From contig JBDTML010000163.1 of the NCBI GenBank assembly GCA_039934255.1, positions 1-63,376 of the forward strand: a stretch of 63,376 nt of DNA, in the 5' to 3' direction. The first letter of the stretch is position 1. Every line of letters begins with the position of its first letter. The notes under the pieces are model-generated. The model was not told where the DNA came from, made no database searches, and was given only the letters and a program-made list of their open reading frames with translations. A program made the translations under genes and the position numbers. Below are positions 17,853 to 27,000 of the stretch, one piece after another. The DNA is from Acidobacteriota bacterium. GTDB lineage: Bacteria; Acidobacteriota; Thermoanaerobaculia; UBA5066.

Positions 17853-18466
17853 CGGACCGGCGACTGCGCGGCGGAGAACTTGGACTTCGGCGGCGCCTTG
17901 GGCGGCGTCTGCCGCGACACGAGGTCTGCGGTCTTCCCGCTGCCGGGGCCCTCGAACGGAACGCGGACGACGACGCGGTCTCCGGTCGCGAGACCTTCGT
18001 ACACGCGCGCGCCCGGCGCGAGAGCCACGGTGCGCGTGCGCCCGTTCTTCTCGACGATCGTGATCGAGACGCCCTTCGCGTAGGCCTTGACGCGTCCCCG
18101 GAGCGATAGGAACGCCGCCTTGACCTCCGCCGGGCCGGTCGGGCCGGGAGGCGGAGCCGGAGCGGCGGCCGGCAGGGTGGTTCCCCCGCCCGTGACGCCG
18201 ACGACGCCCGTCGAGGGGGCCGGCGTCGCGGACGGATCCACCGCGCCGCGATTCGTCCGAACGTATCCCTCGGAGTCCGTCGGCATCGAGCCGCTCGGCC
18301 GCGCGACGCCTTCCTTGTTCGGCTGATCCGGGAGAGACGGCGCCACGACGTGCTGTTCGGCGGGCGTCGACGCCGGCGCCGGCGGGATGGGCGTCGGCGC
18401 TTGCGCGCGTGCCGAGCCGCCGGCGGCGGACGCGAGGGCGAGGACTGCGGCGAGGGCGACCTTCAT
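17849..18466 (-). CDS. Secreted hypothetical protein, paralogue of 17364..17852
   Basis: The signal peptide is MKVALAAVLALASAAGGSARA/QA, followed by a long Pro-rich linker. The C-terminal module is GVSITIVEKNGRTRTVALAPGARVYEGLATGDRVVVRV. ATGA overlap with the downstream gene. Confidence 0.6.
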   Translation of the reverse strand: MKVALAAVLALASAAGGSARAQAPTPIPPAPASTPAEQHVVAPSLPDQPNKEGVARPSGSMPTDSEGYVRTNRGAVDPSATPAPSTGVVGVTGGGTTLPAAAPAPPPGPTGPAEVKAAFLSLRGRVKAYAKGVSITIVEKNGRTRTVALAPGARVYEGLATGDRVVVRVPFEGPGSGKTADLVSRQTPPKAPPKSKFSAAQSPVR

Positions 18467-18508
18467 ATGCGAATTGTAGTCTTTGGGGTCACGGGTTCCG
18501 CAGCGTCC

Positions 18509-19984
18509 TCAGGCGGACTCCGGCGTGCGCGGTCGGACCCCTCGGTCGGGAAACCTCGAGGAAACGACGAGGTTGACGAGGGCGAGAGCGAGGAGCACGG
18601 CGAAAACCGGCAGGAGCGACTGCTCGAGCGCGAGACGCATCTCGCGGGGGACGTGCCCCTCCGTCAGGAGAGATCCGGCCGAATCGGCAGCCGCACCCAT
18701 CCGGCGCGTCAGGCCGGCCGCGAGAATCCCTCCCAGCGCCCCCACGCCCAGCGAGCCGCCCACCGTTCGGAAGAAAGGCACGAGGCTCGTCGCGACGCCC
18801 CGCCGATGCTCTGGGGCCACGTTCTGGATCGCGAGCACCTGGGCAAGAGACGAGGGGCCGAGCCCGGCTCCGATCAAGCCGCACGCCGCGCTGATCGCGG
18901 CCACCGGGGCGTCGAATCGAGCCGCCATGAGGAGCCCAACGAAACCGATCAGGATGAGAATCGCGCCGGCTTGCGCGGTCTTCCGAAATCCGAATCGGAC
19001 GATCACGCGCGCCGCAGCCGCCGCCGAGATCGCCCAGAAGAGGACGAGCGGCGTGATGACCGCGCCCGCCGCCCCCGCGGTGCCGCCGCGCGCTCCCTGC
19101 ACGAAGAGCGGCACGAACGTATCCACCCCGTAAATCGTTGTCCCGAGGAGGATGCCTCCCATGTAGGGGGCTGCCGTCTCCGCGTGCCGAAAGAGCTCCG
19201 GTGGGATGAGTGGGTGCCTGCGCCCGGCCTGGAGCCGCGCGAAAAGGACGAGCAGGGCGAGACCCAGGAACCCGAGAAAAAGGCGCACCCCCGTCCCGAG
19301 GGCCCCCGCTCCCGCTCTCTGAAGGACGGCGAAGAGTAGCGCCGCGATCCCGAGAGCCAGCGTGAGCGCGCCCGCGACGTCGAGCGGGTCGGACCCGGGT
19401 TTGCGCGACTCGATCATCTTCGTCGCGACGAGAAACAGGGCGACGAGCCCGAGCGGCACGTTGATCGTGAAGATGGACCGCCAACCGAACGTCAGCGTCA
19501 GGAAGGCGCCGAGAAGCGGGCCCACGAGGCTCGCGAATCCCCAGACGCCGCTGAAGAACGCCTGCACCCGCGCGCGTTCCTCGAGCGAATAAAGGTCGCC
19601 CGAGACCGTGAGCGCGATCGGGACGAGGCCGCCCGCGCCGAGGCCCTGGAGGCCGCGCGCGACGATGAGCTGCGGCATCGACCGGGCCAGCGCGCACGCC
19701 ACCGCCCCCGCCAGGAACACGAGAGTCGCGCTCATGAGGACGCGCCGCCTCCCGTAGACGTCGGCGAGCCGGCCGTAGATCGGCATCGTGATCGTGGAGG
19801 CGAGAAGGTAGATCGAGAAGACCCAGGAGTAGAGCGGCAGCCCGTGGAGCTCGCCGATGATCGTCGGCATCGCCGTCGACACGACCGTCGACTCGAACGA
19901 CGACAGGGCCGTCACGAGAAGCAGTGCGATCGTCACGGCCCGGCGCCGCGCGGGATCGAAGCGGGGCGCGACGGAGGCCGACAT
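18509..19984 (-). CDS. MFS transporter, DHA2 (EmrB/QacA-like, 14-TMS) family
   Basis: The sequence reads FESTVVSTAMPTIIGELHG...GRLADVYGRRRVL...ARGLQGLGAGGL. About 14 hydrophobic segments are visible by eye. Confidence 0.88.
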   Translation of the reverse strand: MSASVAPRFDPARRRAVTIALLLVTALSSFESTVVSTAMPTIIGELHGLPLYSWVFSIYLLASTITMPIYGRLADVYGRRRVLMSATLVFLAGAVACALARSMPQLIVARGLQGLGAGGLVPIALTVSGDLYSLEERARVQAFFSGVWGFASLVGPLLGAFLTLTFGWRSIFTINVPLGLVALFLVATKMIESRKPGSDPLDVAGALTLALGIAALLFAVLQRAGAGALGTGVRLFLGFLGLALLVLFARLQAGRRHPLIPPELFRHAETAAPYMGGILLGTTIYGVDTFVPLFVQGARGGTAGAAGAVITPLVLFWAISAAAAARVIVRFGFRKTAQAGAILILIGFVGLLMAARFDAPVAAISAACGLIGAGLGPSSLAQVLAIQNVAPEHRRGVATSLVPFFRTVGGSLGVGALGGILAAGLTRRMGAAADSAGSLLTEGHVPREMRLALEQSLLPVFAVLLALALVNLVVSSRFPDRGVRPRTPESA

Positions 19985-20040
19985 CGGCGGCAGAGAGTAG
20001 CAGGCGCAACCGCACTAGAATCCCGATCCGGAGGCGCGCG

Positions 20041-20751
20041 ATGAAGCTCGAGGGCCGGGTCGTTCTCATCACGGGCGCCGGGCGCGGGATCGGCCGCGCG
20101 CTGGCGCACGCCTTCGCGGCGGCGGGGGCGAAGGTGGCTCTTCTCGGAAAGACGAAGAAGAACCTGCTCGAGGTCCAGAAGGAGCTGAAGGACTCCGGCG
20201 CCGCGACCGTCGTCCTCGCGGCGGACGTCTCGGACGAGGGGGCGGTCTCGCGCGCCGTCGCCGCCGCCGAGCAGCAGCTCGGGCCGGTGGACGTCCTCGT
20301 GAACAACGCGGGCGTCTTCGCGCTGGCGCCCATCGAGAAGATGGACACGGTGGCCTTCGACCGCATGCTCGCCATCAACCTCCGCGGTCCCTTCCTGATG
20401 TCCCGCGCCGTGCTGCCGGGTATGAAATCCCGCAAGCGCGGGCACATCGTGAACATCTCGTCGACGGCGGGCCGACGGGGGTTCGCGGGAGGCGGCGCGT
20501 ACTGCGCGTCGAAATTCGGGCTCGCGGGCCTCACCGAGGCGATGCGTTACGAAGCCCGCGCCTCGAACGTGCGCGTGACGTGCGTCTTCCCGTCCACGGT
20601 GAACACCGACCTCGTCAAAAAGGCAGGAATGGACTTCGTGCCCGAACGCGCGATCCAGCCGGAGGACGTCGCGAACGCGATCGTGTCGCTCGTGGCGATG
20701 GACGACCGCGCGATGACGACGGCCCTCGAGATCTGGCAGACGAACCCGTGA
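20041..20751 (+). CDS. SDR family oxidoreductase
   Basis: The sequence reads MKLEGRVVLITGAGRGIGRALA (TGxxxGxG), NNAG, and SSTAG..YCASK (catalytic YxxxK). GGAGG lies 6 nt upstream of the ATG at 20041. Confidence 0.9.
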   Translation: MKLEGRVVLITGAGRGIGRALAHAFAAAGAKVALLGKTKKNLLEVQKELKDSGAATVVLAADVSDEGAVSRAVAAAEQQLGPVDVLVNNAGVFALAPIEKMDTVAFDRMLAINLRGPFLMSRAVLPGMKSRKRGHIVNISSTAGRRGFAGGGAYCASKFGLAGLTEAMRYEARASNVRVTCVFPSTVNTDLVKKAGMDFVPERAIQPEDVANAIVSLVAMDDRAMTTALEIWQTNP

Positions 20752-21521
20752 CGTCGAAACATGGAGTCCCCAAGCCCCACACGCCCGCGGCGCCCCCCCA
20801 CGCGAAGGGCACCTCCCGGCCCCTCCCCCGCCATCACCACGTGGAGGCCCACTTCTCGGGCTCGGAGACCGTGCGCGACGTCGTGCTCGGGATGTCCGAC
20901 GGCCTCACGGTCCCGTTCGCCCTCGCGGCCGGACTTTCCGGCGCGGTCGCGAGCTCGCGGGTCATCCTCGTGGCGGGCGTCGCCGAGCTGGCCGCGGGCG
21001 CGATCGCCATGGGCCTCGGCGGTTATCTGGCCGCGAAGAGCGAGGCCGACACGTGGCATAGCGAGCTGAAGCGCGAGTACGAGGAGGTGAAGGACGTTCC
21101 CGCGGAAGAGCAGGAAGAGGTCCGCAAGGTCTTCCGCGGCTGGGGCCTCGTGGGCGAAACGCTCGAGGCGGCCACGCACGCCGTTTGCTCGGATCACGAT
21201 CGCTGGGTGGACTTCATGATGCGCGAGGAGCTCAACCTCTCGGAGCCCGACCCGAAGCGGGCCCGCGTCTCGGCGCTCACGATCGGCGGCTCGTACGTGG
21301 CGGGCGGGGCGATTCCGCTGTCCCCCTATCTCCTCGGGGTCCCCGTGACCACGGCGCTCGCCACGTCGGTCGTCGTCACCCTTCTCGCGCTGGCCGTGTT
21401 CGGGGCGTTCAAGGGCAAGCTCACGGGCCGCCCGATCCTCAGCGAGGCGCTGCGCACCGTCTTCGTCGGGGCGCTCGCATCCGGAGCGGCGTATACGTTG
21501 GCCCGACTGATTTCCGGTTGA
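20748..21521 (+). CDS. VIT1/CCC1 family iron/manganese transporter
   Basis: The sequence reads ..VRDVVLGMSDGLTVPFALAAGLSGA...AGAIAMGLGGYLAAKSE...five TM pattern.. The in-frame GTG at 20748 overlaps the SDR stop as GTGA. Confidence 0.82.
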   Translation: MTSKHGVPKPHTPAAPPHAKGTSRPLPRHHHVEAHFSGSETVRDVVLGMSDGLTVPFALAAGLSGAVASSRVILVAGVAELAAGAIAMGLGGYLAAKSEADTWHSELKREYEEVKDVPAEEQEEVRKVFRGWGLVGETLEAATHAVCSDHDRWVDFMMREELNLSEPDPKRARVSALTIGGSYVAGGAIPLSPYLLGVPVTTALATSVVVTLLALAVFGAFKGKLTGRPILSEALRTVFVGALASGAAYTLARLISG

Positions 21522-21660
21522 CATGCCGGGGCGGAAGCCGGGGCTTGAGACGGGGACTCAACGGAGTGATCCGTTTGCACCATTGAGGAAGACCGGGTCC
21601 GCCCGCACTCTGACGCGCACCCGAAGGGTCCATTCCGGGAACCTTTCCTGATCATTTTCC

Positions 21661-23454
21661 ATGGGAGAAGGCGAGGCCGCTGTGCAAAACCGAACTATCA
21701 CGATCGCCATGGTCGGCGCAGGGGGCGACGGAATCGTCACGATGGCCGACGTCCTCTCGCAGGCCGCCGCGCGCGACGGCCTCAACGTCCTCAAGACAGA
21801 GGCTTACGGCCCGCAGATCCGGGGCGGCGAGTCCTCCAGCGTGGTCCGTCTCAGCGGGGACCCGATCTACGAATCCGGCGACGCCGCGGACGTCCTCGTC
21901 GTCTTCAGCTGGGCCGACTTCAGCCGTTTCAAGGGCGAGTGCACGCCCGCAAGGAACGCCGTCGTCCTCTCGGACGAAGCCGATCCCGTCGCCCGCACCC
22001 CCGAGGACCTTGGGCTCTCGGCGGACGCCGTCTGGATCAAGCTGCCGTTTGGAAAGCTGTCCACGGACTCGGGGGCGAAGGGATCGAAGAACCTCGTGGG
22101 CCTGGGCGTTCTCACGGCTCTCTTCGGCCTGCCCGAAGGCACGCTTCGCCGCGCGATCGTCTCCCGCTTCGGGCGGAAGAAAGCGGCCGTCGGCGAAATG
22201 GCCTTGAAGGCGTTCGAGGCCGGCCTCCTCCTCGGTGGGACGCTCCCCCCGATGCCGGAGCGCCGGCTCGCCTTCACGCCGGGACCCGCCAAGCTCATCA
22301 TGTCGGGCAACGAGGCGACGGCGATCGGCGCCCTGCACGCGGGCTGCCGCTACTTCGCGGGCTACCCCATCACGCCCTCCACGGAGATCCTCATGTTCCT
22401 CGACGAGTGGCTTCCGAAGATGGGCGGCTCGCTCGTCCAGACGGAAGACGAGCTCTCCGCGATCGGCGCCGTCCTCGGCGCCTCCTTCGCGGGCGAGAAG
22501 GCGATGACGGCGACCTCGGGCCCGGGCCTCTCGCTCATGACCGAAATGCTCGGGCTCGCGTCGATGGCCGAGCTCCCCTGTGTCGTCGTGAACGTGCAGC
22601 GCGGGGGTCCCTCGACCGGTCTCCCCACGAAGAGCGAGCAGTCGGACCTCTTCCAGGCGGTCTTCGCCGGGCACGGCGACATGCCGCGCGTCGTCCTCGC
22701 CTGCTCGGACGTGGAGGACTCTTTTCACACGACGGTCGATGCGTTCAACATCGCGGAGGAGTACCAGATTCCCGTCATCGTCCTCTCCGACCAGCTCGTC
22801 GCCGGACGGCGGGAGACGTTCGACCCGGCGTCCCTCGTCCACGAGGTCCGCGAGCGGCGGCTCCCCTCCGCCGACGAGCTGACCGACTACCACCGCTACC
22901 GGGAGACCGCCGACGGCGTTTCGCCGATGGCGCGTCCGGGCGTCAAAGGCGGGATCTACCAGACGAACGGCCTCGAGCACGACGCGGAAGGCAGCCCCGG
23001 CTCCGGGTTTCTCCTTCACGAGAGCATGAACGCCAAGCGCTACCGCAAGCTCGGCCCCATCCGGGACGCCTACACATTTCACCGGCGCTACGGCCCGGAG
23101 GCCGCGGACGTCGGGATCGTCTGCTGGGGCTCGTCGAAGGGAGCCGTGCGCGAGGCCGTCCGGCGCGCGAACGAGCGGGGTGAGAAAGTGGCCGCCTTCG
23201 TGCCACAGATGATCTACCCGTTCCCGACGAAGGAATTCGAAGCCTTCCAGAAAAGCGTCAAGAGTCTTCTCGTCGTCGAGCTCTCCTACGCGGCGCAGTT
23301 CTACAAGTACCTCCGCACATTCCTCGATCTTCCCCTCGATCGAACACGCGTCTACAAGAGGTCGGGCGGCAAGAACCTGACCGTCGCCGAGGTGGACGCG
23401 GAGATCGTCGCGCTCGTCGCGTCCCAGCGCGCCCAGGAAAAGGTGTCCGCATGA
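21661..23454 (+). CDS. korA: 2-oxoacid:ferredoxin oxidoreductase, fused gamma/alpha subunit (KorA-like)
   Basis: The N-terminal gamma-like segment is MVGAGGDGIVTMADVLSQAAARDGLNVLKTEAYGPQIRGGES. The alpha domain follows (GNEATAIGALHAGCRYFAGYPITPSTEI...TEDELSAIGAVLGASFAG.KAMTATSGPGLSLM). Confidence 0.92.
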   Translation: MGEGEAAVQNRTITIAMVGAGGDGIVTMADVLSQAAARDGLNVLKTEAYGPQIRGGESSSVVRLSGDPIYESGDAADVLVVFSWADFSRFKGECTPARNAVVLSDEADPVARTPEDLGLSADAVWIKLPFGKLSTDSGAKGSKNLVGLGVLTALFGLPEGTLRRAIVSRFGRKKAAVGEMALKAFEAGLLLGGTLPPMPERRLAFTPGPAKLIMSGNEATAIGALHAGCRYFAGYPITPSTEILMFLDEWLPKMGGSLVQTEDELSAIGAVLGASFAGEKAMTATSGPGLSLMTEMLGLASMAELPCVVVNVQRGGPSTGLPTKSEQSDLFQAVFAGHGDMPRVVLACSDVEDSFHTTVDAFNIAEEYQIPVIVLSDQLVAGRRETFDPASLVHEVRERRLPSADELTDYHRYRETADGVSPMARPGVKGGIYQTNGLEHDAEGSPGSGFLLHESMNAKRYRKLGPIRDAYTFHRRYGPEAADVGIVCWGSSKGAVREAVRRANERGEKVAAFVPQMIYPFPTKEFEAFQKSVKSLLVVELSYAAQFYKYLRTFLDLPLDRTRVYKRSGGKNLTVAEVDAEIVALVASQRAQEKVSA

Positions 23455-24344
23455 GCGAAGCCGTCGCGCTCCCTCCCGAGTCTCCCGCTCCGTTCAAGCC
23501 GGCCGATTACAAAACCGACCTGAAGCCCGTCTGGTGCGCCGGCTGCGGCGACTTCGGCGTCCTGACCGGCCTCTACCGCGCGCTCACCGAGCTGCAGGTG
23601 AAGCCCTGGGAGACGGTCGTCGTCTCGGGCATCGGCTGCTCGTCGCGCCTCCCCGGCTACGTCGACACGTTCGGCGTGAACAGCCTCCACGGCCGCGCCC
23701 TCCCGCTCGCGGCGGGAGTCAAGGTTGCGCGCCCGGACCTCACCGTCATCGCGGTGGGAGGCGACGGCGACGGCCTCGCGATCGGCGGCAACCACTTCCT
23801 GCACGCCGCGCGGCGGAACCTGGACGTCACCTACCTCATCATGGACAATGAGATCTACGGCCTCACGAAGGGCCAGGCCGCGCCCACGACTCCCGCCGGT
23901 GACAAAACGAAGTCCACTCACTACGGCAACCCCGAGCCCGCGGTCGATCCCTGCGAGCTCGCGATCTCGGTCGGCGCGACGTGGGTCGGGCGGGCCTTTT
24001 CGGGCGACCTCAAGGGCACCGTCGAGCTCATGGTCAAGGCCCTTCGCCACAAGGGCTTTGCGTTCCTGAACGTCATGTCTCCCTGTGTCACCTGGCGCGG
24101 CGACGACCAGTTCAAGACGCTCAAGGCGAAGCAGAGGCAGCTCCCCGAGAACCACGACGCCTCGTCGCGCGCGGCGGCGCTCCTTTACACGCGCGAGACC
24201 GAATTCGTGACGACCGGGGTCCTCTTCGACGTCTCGGAGCCCACGCTCCTCGACCGCCTCGCAACCGTCAAGGTGAACGCCCTCGCCGGCAAGCCGCAGT
24301 CGACCGTGCAGGACATCATCAAGAGCTTCCAGCCGTCGTTCTGA
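23451..24344 (+). CDS. korB: 2-oxoacid:ferredoxin oxidoreductase beta subunit (TPP-binding, KorB-like)
   Basis: The sequence reads WCAGCGDFGVL...GIGCSSRLPGY...GGDGDGLAIGGNHFLHAARRNLDVTYLIMDNEIYGLTKGQ. ATGA overlap with korA. Confidence 0.92.
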   Translation: MSEAVALPPESPAPFKPADYKTDLKPVWCAGCGDFGVLTGLYRALTELQVKPWETVVVSGIGCSSRLPGYVDTFGVNSLHGRALPLAAGVKVARPDLTVIAVGGDGDGLAIGGNHFLHAARRNLDVTYLIMDNEIYGLTKGQAAPTTPAGDKTKSTHYGNPEPAVDPCELAISVGATWVGRAFSGDLKGTVELMVKALRHKGFAFLNVMSPCVTWRGDDQFKTLKAKQRQLPENHDASSRAAALLYTRETEFVTTGVLFDVSEPTLLDRLATVKVNALAGKPQSTVQDIIKSFQPSF

Positions 24345-24366
24345 CGGCGCTTCGCCCCCGGGCTTC

Positions 24367-24395
24367 GGGCCGCGCTCGCGCGGCCCTTTTCTTTC
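24367..24395 (+). terminator. Intrinsic terminator after korB
   Basis: GGGCCGCG-CTCG-CGCGGCCC (8-bp stem, 4-nt loop) is followed by TTTTCTTTC. Confidence 0.8.
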
Positions 24396-24399
24396 GCCC

Positions 24400-25983
24400 T
24401 CAGCGCCCCCGCATCTCGTAGACGAAGCCCATGCCGGGCGTCTTCTTCTCCTCGAGCGTGGCGCGGTAGGCGCGGGCGGCGTCCACGTCCGGGAATTCGC
24501 CCACGACGACGCGATACCAGACGCCCTTGTCCCCGAGATCGACCTCGACGGCGCGCGCGGGCGACCCGAGCGCCGCGCCGAGCTTCGCGGCTTCCTTCGC
24601 CGCGCTCGCGCGGTCCTTCGTCGAGGAGAAGTGGATGACGTAAACGGCGGGCTTCCCGGTCCAGTCGGGCGTCACAAGAAGCGCGGCCTTGCCCCTCGGC
24701 AGCGCGGGCGCGGGTTTCGCAGCAGGGGCCGAGGGCTTCGCGGCCGCCGCCGGAGCGGCTGTCGGCGCCACGGCGGGCACGGAAACGGCGACGGGAGCGG
24801 CTGGCAATTCATCAGGCTTCTTGCGCACGAGCGGCGCGACCGGTTTCACGATCTCGTTCCTGAAAACGTATTCGCGCACGGCCCACGCGAGCCCCGCCCC
24901 GACCGCGAGAACGAGCGCGACGGCCACGATCCAGCCCCGCCGACCGGAACGTGGCGGTGCCGGCGGACGAGAATCAGGCGACTTGAAGTGGAATTCCTCC
25001 ATCGCCGGCTGTGTGTTGTCCTCCAGCAGGTCGTCGCTGATCGGGGGCACCTCGGACATGGACATGGCCCTGGCCGGCGGCTCGAGCGGCACGTAAGGCT
25101 CATCCGCCTCCCGGATCGCGGGCATGGCTGGGATCGACGGCGCGGTCGGCGCCCTGAGGAAGCGTTCGAACCCCGCCGCAGAACGGGCCGCCGGGAGCGG
25201 CTCGACGGGCAGCGACGGGGGCTCCGGCCCCCTGGGATGCTCGAGCGGAATCGACGGGGCGGCTACGACGGCCGGCCTCGACAGGGGTCTGGGCTTCGCC
25301 GGAGCCTCCGTGGGCAGCTCGCCGAAGAGATCGCCCATGGCAGAAGGCTGCAGCTCGCGCGGCGGCAGAGGCTCGCGCGGCGGCAGAGGCTCGCGCGGCG
25401 GCGACGGCTCGGTCTCCGCGGGCGCGGCCGCTTCGGGAGCGAACGTGATGGGCTCCGGTGCCGGCCTGGAGTCGCGCACAGGCTCGCTGGGCGCGGAGAT
25501 CCCGACCGGACCTCGCGACCTGTGCGGGATCGGCAGGATCGCCGACCGAAACGGCGCGTCCTCGGCCTGAATCGGCAGATCCTTCTCCCAGTTCAGATCC
25601 GAACGCGACGCCAGATCCTGGAAGGGATCGTCGGCCTGCACAGGCTTCGCCGGCGGCGGCGACGCCGGCGGCTCGCGCGCGGGCGCCGGCCGGGCGGGAA
25701 AAACGGGCATGGGCGGAGACGCAGGCTCCGCAACGGGCATTACCGACCCGTCCCGCTCGAGCTGGAGGCGCGCCCGCCTCACGAGGACGTCCAGCGGCGC
25801 GGCTTCGAATCCCTGCTTCACCTTCGCCAGCTCCTCGGCAACCACGCTGCGCGCCGCCTTGAACAGCACCGCCGGATCCGCCGAAACGGTCTTGGCGAGA
25901 TCGCGCACGACGTCCGTCACGGCCGGCAGCATCCTCTTCCGGGGCTCCGAATCTCGCGGGAATCCGGTGTCGAGCGGGCTCAT
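24400..25983 (-). CDS. Bitopic protein: long Pro-rich cytoplasmic region, one TM, periplasmic SPOR (septal peptidoglycan-binding) domain
   Basis: The ATG at 25983 overlaps the MamK-like stop as ATGA. The TM is GWIVAVALVLAVGAGLAWAV at about aa 365-385. The C-terminal SPOR-like fold reads AVYVIHFSSTKDRASAAKEAAKLGA...GVWYRVVVGEFPDVDAARAYRATLE. The portion of the tracked ORF upstream of 25983 overlaps the actin gene. Confidence 0.8.
   Translation of the reverse strand: MSPLDTGFPRDSEPRKRMLPAVTDVVRDLAKTVSADPAVLFKAARSVVAEELAKVKQGFEAAPLDVLVRRARLQLERDGSVMPVAEPASPPMPVFPARPAPAREPPASPPPAKPVQADDPFQDLASRSDLNWEKDLPIQAEDAPFRSAILPIPHRSRGPVGISAPSEPVRDSRPAPEPITFAPEAAAPAETEPSPPREPLPPREPLPPRELQPSAMGDLFGELPTEAPAKPRPLSRPAVVAAPSIPLEHPRGPEPPSLPVEPLPAARSAAGFERFLRAPTAPSIPAMPAIREADEPYVPLEPPARAMSMSEVPPISDDLLEDNTQPAMEEFHFKSPDSRPPAPPRSGRRGWIVAVALVLAVGAGLAWAVREYVFRNEIVKPVAPLVRKKPDELPAAPVAVSVPAVAPTAAPAAAAKPSAPAAKPAPALPRGKAALLVTPDWTGKPAVYVIHFSSTKDRASAAKEAAKLGAALGSPARAVEVDLGDKGVWYRVVVGEFPDVDAARAYRATLEEKKTPGMGFVYEMRGR
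25354..25407. repeat. Tandem 18-nt repeat (about 3 copies) encoding PPREPL repeats in the SPOR protein
   Basis: The plus strand reads ctcgcgcggcggcagagg twice, followed by a degenerate third copy ctcgcgcggcggcgacgg. The translated minus strand reads PPREPLPPREPLPPRE. Confidence 0.8.
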
Positions 25984-26999
25984 GCCGAGAGCGGCTCCCA
26001 GTCTCCTTCGGGCGCGTCGAGTGCGATGGCGAGGCCGCCATTCGAGCCCGCGAAAACCGGATCGTCCACGGCGCGCACGCGGCCGCCGCCGATCTCGGCG
26101 AGCGCCTTCTCGAGCGCCGCCTGGAGACCGGGCAGCTGCGAGCCGCCGCCCGCGAGAACGATGTTGCGCTGCACCTTTTCCTGGTATTCCGGCTCGACCT
26201 TCGAGAGGAGGTCGAGCATCGTCTCGGTGATGGGCCCGACGATGCTTTCGCAGGCCTTCTTCATCTCGGCCGTGATGTCGACGTCGGCCGGCTTCCCCTT
26301 CACGGGGAACCGCACGACGACCGGACCCGGCGGGCTCCCGACGAAGCTGTGCTTCTCTTTCCATTCGCGCACCATGTGAATCGAGAAACGGCCGTCCGGG
26401 TTCTTCGCCTTCACGAGCGTCATGAGCTGCTCGTCGATGGAGTCGCCCGCGTGTGTCAGCGTGCGCTGATCGTCTTCGGTCGGGTAGCGGCCGTTCATGA
26501 CACAGAAATCCGTCGTTCCCGCGCCGATGTCGATGACCATCGTGTGGAGCAGCGCGTCCATCCCGTACGCCACGGCGAACGGCTCGGACACGATGAGGAG
26601 GGCGTCCGCGACCCCCTTAACCGCCGTGCGCAGGTGCTGGCGGGAGACGCGCAGGGCCTCGGCGGGCACGCCGACGACGGCCTGTATCGACTGGCCCTCC
26701 TTTCGGCCGGCCAGACCGATGAGGTGCTTGAGGAGCTCGTGCACGGCCTCCTCGTCCTTCGTGGAACCCTGCTTGATGAGACCGCGCTCCAGAGGGCGAT
26801 GCAGGTCGAGCATGGGCCGGTTCTCGAGCGCCTCGGCGCCGAAGAGAATCGGCTTCTTCACGACCTTGCGGGCCACCATGTCCAGGGGCCAGCCCACGTA
26901 GCTCTCCACGACGTGGTGCGCGCCGTTCGAGGCCGTAATGGCGCTCCGCGACGTGCCGAGGTCGATCCCGACGTGGAGAACGTCCTTCTTCCCGCTCAT
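25980..26999 (-). CDS. Actin-like ATPase of the MreB/MamK superfamily, closest by motif pattern to MamK
   Basis: Motifs present: GIDLGTSRSAI (phosphate 1), VVGVPAEA, VSEPFAVAYG, VIDIGAGTTDFCV (phosphate 2), WKEKHSFVG, FPVKGKPADVDITAEMKKACE, EYQEKVQRNIVLAGGGSQLPGL (adenosine). These blocks parallel MamK as I recall it (IVDIGAGTTDICA, VKEQFSFVG, FRAAGKPVRADVTE, PEYQATVLQNIVFAGGGSRIRGL). The start at ATG 26999 (MSGKKDVLHVGIDLG) is preferred. Confidence 0.85.
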   Translation of the reverse strand: MSGKKDVLHVGIDLGTSRSAITASNGAHHVVESYVGWPLDMVARKVVKKPILFGAEALENRPMLDLHRPLERGLIKQGSTKDEEAVHELLKHLIGLAGRKEGQSIQAVVGVPAEALRVSRQHLRTAVKGVADALLIVSEPFAVAYGMDALLHTMVIDIGAGTTDFCVMNGRYPTEDDQRTLTHAGDSIDEQLMTLVKAKNPDGRFSIHMVREWKEKHSFVGSPPGPVVVRFPVKGKPADVDITAEMKKACESIVGPITETMLDLLSKVEPEYQEKVQRNIVLAGGGSQLPGLQAALEKALAEIGGGRVRAVDDPVFAGSNGGLAIALDAPEGDWEPLSA

Positions 27000-27000
27000 G

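Noticed and set aside
25354-25407. Direct repeats as a possible CRISPR or minisatellite
   Set aside because: The repeats have no spacers. They are an in-frame 18-nt tandem repeat encoding PPREPL within a proline-rich region.
25850-25983. N-terminus of the SPOR protein (MLPAVTDVVRDLAKTVSADPAVLFKAARSVVAEEL) resembling the SelA N-terminal domain, possibly linked to the Sec candidate
   Set aside because: The resemblance is vague and based on memory. There is no PLP-enzyme body, and I cannot support it without a profile search.
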